A stretch of DNA of 63,945 nt, the filler included, from Octopus bimaculoides (lineage: Eukaryota), in NCBI RefSeq assembly GCF_001194135.2. It is 5 parts of 5 records of this genome, joined end to end, with 100 filler letters (N's around TTAATTAATTAA, not from the genome) between each part and the next. Parts side by side here need not be neighbours in the genome. Positions count along the whole stretch, not along the records: positions 60,309 to 62,435 come from NW_026371670.1; positions 62,536 to 63,945 come from NW_026340483.1; 3 more parts are not named here. One strand, 5' to 3'. Positions 60,330 through 63,945 of the stretch are shown in pieces. Every line of letters starts with the position of its first letter. The stretch's first letter is position 1. A program made the position numbers and the translations under genes. Below the pieces are notes generated by a model. It was not told where the DNA came from. It saw only the letters and a list, made by a program, of their open reading frames with translations, and made no database searches.

Positions 60330-62435
60330 CGAATGTACGTTGAGCCAAAACTACTAACGCACGTCCCTAGCTCTCAAAATTCGAACGAACGTATGTTGAG
60401 CCAAAAGCTACGGACGCACGTCACTAGCTATTAAAAGTCGAACGAACGTGCGTTGAGCCCAAATCTACTAACGCACGTCACTAGCTATCAAACATCGAAC
60501 GTACGTACGTTGAGCTAAAAGCTACGGACGCACGTCCCTAGCTCTTAAAAATCGTACGAAATTATGTTGAGCCAAAGGCTACGGACGCACGTGCCTATCT
60601 TTGAAAAATCGAACGAACGTACGTTGTTGAGCCAAAATCTACGGACGCACGTGCCTAGCTTTGAAAAATCAAACGAACGTACGTTGAGCCAAAAGCTACG
60701 GACGCACGTGCCTAGCTCTCAAAAATCGAACGAACGTACGTTGAGCCAAAAGCTACGGACGCACGTGCCTAGTTCTTCGAAATCGAACGAACGTATGTTG
60801 AGCCAAAAGCTACGGACGCACGTGACTAGCTCTCAGAATTCGATCGAACGTACGTTGAGCTAAANNNNNNNNNNNNNNNNNNNNNNNNNNNNNNNNNNNN
60901 NNNNNNNNNNNNNNNNNNNNNNNNNNNNNNNNNNNNNNNNNNNNNNNNNNNNNNNNNNNNNNNNNNNNNNNNNNNNNNNNNNNNNNNNNNNNNNNNNNNN
61001 NNNNNNNNNNNNNNNNNNNNNNNNNNNNNNNNNNNNNNNNNNNNNNNNNNNNNNNNNNNNNNNNNNNNNNNNNNNNNNNNNNNNNNNNNNNNNNNNNNNN
61101 NNNNNNNNNNNNNNNNNNNNNNNNNNNNNNNNNNNNNNNNNNNNNNNNNNNNNNNNNNNNNNNNNNNNNNNNNNNNNNNNNNNNNNNNNNNNNNNNNNNN
61201 NNNNNNNNNNNNNNNNNNNNNNNNNNNNNNNNNNNNNNNNNNNNNNNNNNNNNNNNNNNNNNNNNNNNNNNNNNNNNNNNNNNNNNNNNNNNNNNNNNNN
61301 NNNNNNNNNNNNNNNNNNNNNNNNNNNNNNNNNNNNNNNNNNNNNNNNNNNNNNNNNNNNNNNNNNNNNNNNNNNNNNNNNNNNNNNNNNNNNNNNNNNN
61401 NNNNNNNNNNNNNNNNNNNNNNNNNNNNNNNNNNNNNNNNNNNNNNNNNNNNNNNNNNNNNNNNNNNNNNNNNNNNNNNNNNNNNNNNNNNNNNNNNNNN
61501 NGTTGAGCCAAAATCTACGGACGCACGTGCCTAGCTTTGAAAAATCAAACGAACGTACGTTGAGCCAAAAGCTACGGACGCACGTGCCTAGCTCTCAAAA
61601 ATCGAACGAACGTACGTTGAGCAAAAAGCTACGGACGCACGTCACAAGCTATTAAAAATCGAACGAACGTACGTTGAGCCAAAAGCTACGGACGCACGTG
61701 ACTAGCTCTCAGAAATCGATCGAACGTACGTTGAGGTAAAATCTAGGGACGCACGTGCCTAGCTTTGAAAAATCGAACGAACGTACGTTGAGACAAAAGC
61801 TACGGACGCACGTCCCTTGCTACCAAAAATTGAACGAACGTACGTTGAGCTAAAAGCTACGGACGCACGTCCCTACCTCTCAAAAAACGTACGAAAGTAT
61901 GTTGAGCCAAAAGCTACGAACGCACGTGCCTAGCTTTGCAAAATCGAACGAACGTACGTTGAGCCAAAATCTACGGATGTACGTCCCTAGCTCTCGAAAA
62001 TCGAACGAACGTACGTTGAGCCAAAAGCTACGGACGCACGTGCCTAGCTCTCAAAAATAGAACGAACGTAAGTTGAGCCAAAAGCTACGGACACACTTGC
62101 CTAGCTCTCGAAAATCGAACGAACGTACGTTGAGCCAAAAACTACGGACTCTCGTCCCTAGCTCTCAAAAATCGTACGAACGTACGATGAGCCAAAAGGT
62201 ACAGACGCACGTCCCTAGCTCTCAAAAACCGAAGGAACGTACGTTGAGGCAAAAGCTACGGGCGCACGTGCCTAGCTCTCAAAAATCGAACGAACGTACG
62301 TTGAGCAAAACGCAACGGACGCACGTCACTAGCTATTAAAAGTCGAACAAACGTGCGTTGAGCCCAAAGCTACTAACGCACGTCGCTAGCTCTCAAAATA
62401 CGAACGAACGTACGTTGAGCCAAAAGCTACGGACG
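60330..62435. repeat. 57-bp CpG-rich tandem satellite
   Basis: Unit GTTGAGCCAAAAGCTACGGACGCACGTGCCTAGCTCTCAAAAATCGAACGAACGTAC fills the whole scaffold on both sides of the N gap. Confidence 0.95.
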
Positions 62436-62535
62436 NNNNNNNNNNNNNNNNNNNNNNNNNNNNNNNNNNNNNNNNNNNNTTAATTAATTAANNNNNNNNN
62501 NNNNNNNNNNNNNNNNNNNNNNNNNNNNNNNNNNN
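62436..62535. other. Artificial scaffold spacer
   Basis: N44-TTAATTAATTAA-N44. Confidence 0.95.
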
Positions 62536-63379
62536 ATATATATAAGAATTTATATATATATATATATATATATAGACACAATCTTTCTCTCTCTTCTCTA
62601 TCTCTTTCCTTCACTTCTCTCTAACACACAGTATTTCTTCTCTCAGACACTCAACCTCTATCATAAATACATACTCTCTCTCTCTCTCTGTCTTTTCACT
62701 TCTCTCTGTCTCAATGTCTGTCTTCTCTCAGCCTCTCAAATAGAAAACAAACATTTTCCCTCTCTCTTTCTCTCTTGTCTCAGCCACTCAATCTCTCTAA
62801 ATATAGACACTTTCTTTCTCATTTCTACACTACCCTCCATCACACTGTTAAAATTCAAAAAAAATAAATAGATAGATATATTAATAAATTAACCACAAAA
62901 ATGTCCAGAACCTGGAGGACCATGGAATTGGCATTGTTTTTGAGAGCCTGGCGCTGTGCTGAAGGAGACAACCCAAACAACATAATTACTGCTGTGCTGA
63001 TGGTTACACCAGAGCATTCCCTGATAGAACAAAAGGAGCAGGAGTTTACACGTTCCTATGCTCTCATACGATCCCATATCAGCACTCTTGATGCCATCTT
63101 TGATAATGAACTAATGAACACAGCAAAGATGTTAAGGATGAAAGATGTCACCCCCACTTGATAGACAATCAAGAAAACACAGAAGATTCAAGCGAGAAGC
63201 CTGCCCGGAAAGTAAACCCAAGTGCAAACCCAAGTGAAAGTGCCCCTACCACCATCAAAAGGAAAAACCATGGAAGTGAAAGAGCCAAGAAAGAAGAATT
63301 AAAAACAATAAACTCTGGATTCGTAAGGATACTCTGGAGGCTTTTGATGTTCCTATGGGAAGTTCGGACTCAGTTCAAA

Positions 63380-63850
63380 TAGCTGATATGGTCTGTTCGT
63401 ATTTATTGTATGAAATGGCAGACCAGTTCCCTAACATAAATGGAGGTCTTTACAGGGACGATTTTCTGCTATACCTCCATAATGCCTCTGCCCAGTGCAT
63501 ATAAAAGGTTAAAAATAGGTTAGCTAGATTCTTCAGAAGAATGGAGTTTGGCATTGTTTTGAGAATGAGGTCTCTGTAGCAAACTTTCTAGACGTTACTT
63601 TAGACTTACATAGTAATACACAATTTCCCTTCCATAAACCATCAACTAATCTCAAGTGCATAAGCCCCTTTAGTAACCATCCAAGACATATAACTAGTAA
63701 TTTGGTTAGGAGTATCTCAATTAGGCTTTCCAAACTTTCCTCTAACTCCCAAATTTTCAACAAGGAGGCTGACTTTTATAATTCAGCCTTATTGAAGGCG
63801 GGTTATAAAGACAAGGTAAGGTACATTGACTCTTCTAGTGATCTTTCTCC
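63380..63850 (+). pseudogene. Decayed PLE RT C-terminal region (Penelope/Poseidon-like)
   Basis: GGLYRDD, aactttctagacgttact (NFLDVT), SNHP..I...LVRSISIRLSKLSSNSQIFNKEADFYNSALLKAGY. Confidence 0.75.
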
Positions 63851-63945
63851 TTTTACACAACATGATACCCCCTTTTATTAGCGTGGATAAACGTGGATTT
63901 GGGTTTTCTAATACTAAAAATTTGTTACAGATTATTTCTTCCCAT

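Noticed and set aside
60564-62339. ORFs with 19-aa repeats (SQKLRTHVPSSQKSNERTL)
   Set aside because: A by-product of a 57-bp (3 x 19) satellite; frames are broken by stops in variant monomers.
60330-62435. CRISPR-like array
   Set aside because: Contiguous tandem monomers with no unique spacers, eukaryotic context, no cas genes.

Overview
AT-rich, microsatellite-saturated animal genomic DNA. The SINE families and simple-repeat landscape look like Octopus/cephalopod (inference from repeat recognition, not a database hit). The window is not one locus: four artificial N44-TTAATTAATTAA-N44 spacers join five scaffolds (1-18318, 18419-50161, 50262-60208, 60309-62435, 62536-63945). Most ORFs in the supplied track are microsatellite or N-gap artefacts. 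Real coding signal is almost all decayed transposons: several Penelope-like elements (PLEs; one has a 501-codon open RT+GIY-YIG frame), a HERO-like RLE-type LINE, a rearranged RTE LINE, a Gypsy-order LTR element apparently nested in a Tc1, mariner remnants, a hAT MITE with a perfect TSD, and Helitron-like pieces. One host exon is recognisable (ABAT-like, 44177-44288, minus strand). One scaffold is a CpG-rich 57-bp satellite. The main unexpected signal is a population of minimal type I hammerhead ribozyme (HHR) motifs: apparently intact at 18953-19074, 53953-54011 and 58255-58304; a core variant at 21891-21936; decayed at 2941-2989, 4691-4768, 54127-54177 and around 24215-24631. The two HHRs flanking a Naiad-like PLE have exactly reverse-complementary stem III segments, and one of them sits inside a 69-bp inverted-repeat element. 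Ribozyme activity is predicted from sequence only.
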